In this document: piece after piece, positions 62,601 to 64,000 of the stretch | How the letters are laid out: every line of letters begins with the position of its first letter | Numbering within the stretch: the stretch's first letter is position 1 | Assembly: GCA_001949185.1 (NCBI GenBank) | Contig: BDGG01000012.1 | Span: forward strand, 1,170,973 to 1,234,972 | From: Ramazzottius varieornatus | Taxonomy: Eukaryota > Animalia > Tardigrada | DNA length: 64,000 nucleotides | Reading direction: 5' to 3' | The notes under the pieces: model-generated | What the model saw: the letters and a program-made list of their open reading frames with translations, nothing else | Told to the model about the DNA's origin: nothing | Databases searched by the model: none | Made by a program: the position numbers and the translations under genes

Positions 62601-64000
62601 GAGAACGTGTTCGACGAGAGGGTCGTGCTGGAGGCCCTCGCGACGTGGACGGCCCGTCGTCGCGCCCATTCACCATGTCGATTTCGAGGTCTTCCTCCAA
62701 AATGGCGTCAAGCTCTTCACCGTTCTCATACTCATCATCGCTTTCGGACTGGAGTCTTCTCTTTCTTGTGCGCGTGCTCTGCCTCGTTGGAAGTTGAACC
62801 TATAAAACGTTTTGTAAAATTTCCATATAAAACTAGGATCTCGACAGGACTTTTCCCAAATGGCGCAGGCCTCCAGTCTCATCGGCTGAAAAGGTGCGCC
62901 ACTTAGAAAACCGATCTTGTCGAATACATGTGCCCAAGTCCAGATTTACCTATTTCGTATTTTTAATGAAGGAAGCAACATCTTTACTGCTTCAAAAACA
63001 GATTTCGAAGATTAATTACCCCCTCTTCGCCAGCGCCCTCAACGTTGCCGCGGGTTCGTAGTCTTCGTCCGCCTTCAGGCACAGCATCGTGGATGGACAC
63101 GGCGAACTCCGAGTCGTTCTCGCTTTCGTCCGTCGTATGCTCACCCTCTGCTCCTTCATCATAGGTCTCGTCGCCCGAGTCATCGAAGTCTCCAAGAATC
63201 AGGCCACCTGGAAGCTGTGCTGTACCTACAGCCGCAACTTCCGGGACAACTTCCCCATTCAGAAGACTTGCTTCCAGCTCACGCGGTGGATTGTAGTAGG
63301 TAAGAGTTGGCGCAGGCCGCATCGACGGAGCATCCCGACCGATCGGCGACCTTCCATCCTGCAAGCAGCTCTCCGGGTAAACAAATTTCAGAAATTGCTC
63401 CTCTCATATCAACGATTGCTAACCTTGGTGAGCTCGCGGTGGCGTTCGACTTCAAGCACCGACAGTTCGTAGCGTTTACGGTGAAGACTGTTCATTAGCA
63501 AAGGGTTCATAGGGCTCGGGATGTATACTCGATTGTACGGGTCTTTCGGATGGTCGTAGTTGATGCCGATCAGCGGAGCATTTGCCGGAACTGGTGGCTG
63601 ACCGTCCTCCTCTGGTACCAGCGCCGGGTTGTTCAGAGCTTCTAACGCAGGATCCAAGGCAGGCAACGGTTCCGCAGGGACATTCTCCGCATTCCTTTCC
63701 CTCCCTGGCACCTAAAGACAAGAAGAATGGCTGACAACGTGCAACAAACTTACGCGTTGCTAAATGTCTGAATATTGTTCAGCTCGGCAAACGAACTCGA
63801 CAAGACTCTTTTCCCACGTGGCGCACGTTTTTGGTGCTGCTGGCTTAGAGCGTGCGGCACTTAGACAAATGATGCTGTCGGGTTTGCCCAACTACCATTT
63901 TCTTGCTTTAATTTTAATCCAGTAACTTATTTTGCATATTTTGTTTCTTCGTACCAGGCGCTGCATTTCCGGTGGGTAGGGTCCGCCCAAAGAGCTGACC
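59637..64000 (-). CDS. BRWD3: BRWD3/PHIP-family protein, 3' part (5' end lies beyond the window)
   Basis: YPPEMQRLVPGRE, Tudor-like region (YFPQLGD...PQGH; WDN...LSPWDL), bromodomain (PVDFAANPEYPQVVPYPVDMRLIAERLKNRFYR). Confidence 0.9.
59966..60104. mobile_element. Palindromic MITE-like element, copy 9 (BRWD last intron ~59897-60177); best-preserved outer arms
   Basis: agctcggcaaacaaactcgaccggatcgtttttcccgaagtggcgcaca ... tgtgtaccacttggaaaaccgatctggtcgactttgtttgccgagct. Confidence 0.9.
62830..62938. mobile_element. Palindromic MITE-like element, copy 10 (BRWD intron ~62800-63019)
   Basis: ctcgacaggacttttcccaaatggcgcaggc...aaggtgcgccacttagaaaaccgatcttgtcga. Confidence 0.85.
63781..63893. mobile_element. 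Palindromic MITE-like element, copy 11 (BRWD intron 63712-63954)
   Basis: agctcggcaaacgaactcgacaagactcttttcccacgtggcgcacg...cgtgcggcacttagacaaatgatgctgtcgggtttgcccaact. Confidence 0.88.

Noticed and set aside
63754-63767. Possible BRWD micro-exon flanked by AG/GT on the minus strand
   Set aside because: The direct splice 63955-63711 already gives the conserved QRL|VPGRE in phase 0; a 14-nt exon would break the frame.
4095-63893. Palindrome family as CRISPR repeats, snoRNAs or tRNA-derived SINEs
   Set aside because: The copies are dispersed rather than arrayed, in a eukaryotic context, present in both orientations relative to host genes, and lack C/D, H/ACA or A/B boxes.

Overview
Eukaryotic (metazoan) genomic DNA with a compact gene layout and mostly short GT-AG introns (about 55-100 nt). 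The gene style and divergent receptor guanylate cyclase suggest a tardigrade such as Ramazzottius; this is an inference, not proven. The first ~8.9 kb has no recognisable coding sequence. It is followed by 14 spliced genes: an orphan secreted Pro/Gly/Asn/Tyr-rich protein, p47/NSFL1C, USP36/42, a receptor guanylate cyclase, an SLC22 transporter, two head-to-head SLC17/sialin-like paralogs, WDR19/IFT144, HACD3, MOCOS, DCAF15-like, an E2F1-3-like factor, PMVK, AP3S and the 3' part of a BRWD/PHIP gene. The most striking non-genic signal is a family of ~110-140 bp near-palindromic elements (core CAAGTGGCGCAC...GTGCGCCACTTG, outer arms AGCTCGGCAAAC). There are 11 copies, 10 of them inside enlarged introns of 6 unrelated genes, in both orientations. 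Other highlights: a 4.1 kb cyclase intron filled with a foldback element and MITEs, alternative first exons of a sialin-like gene with or without a DRQPLL lysosomal motif, a BRWD apparently lacking its second bromodomain, and two GC-AG introns. Exon boundaries were read by eye and may be off by a few nt.
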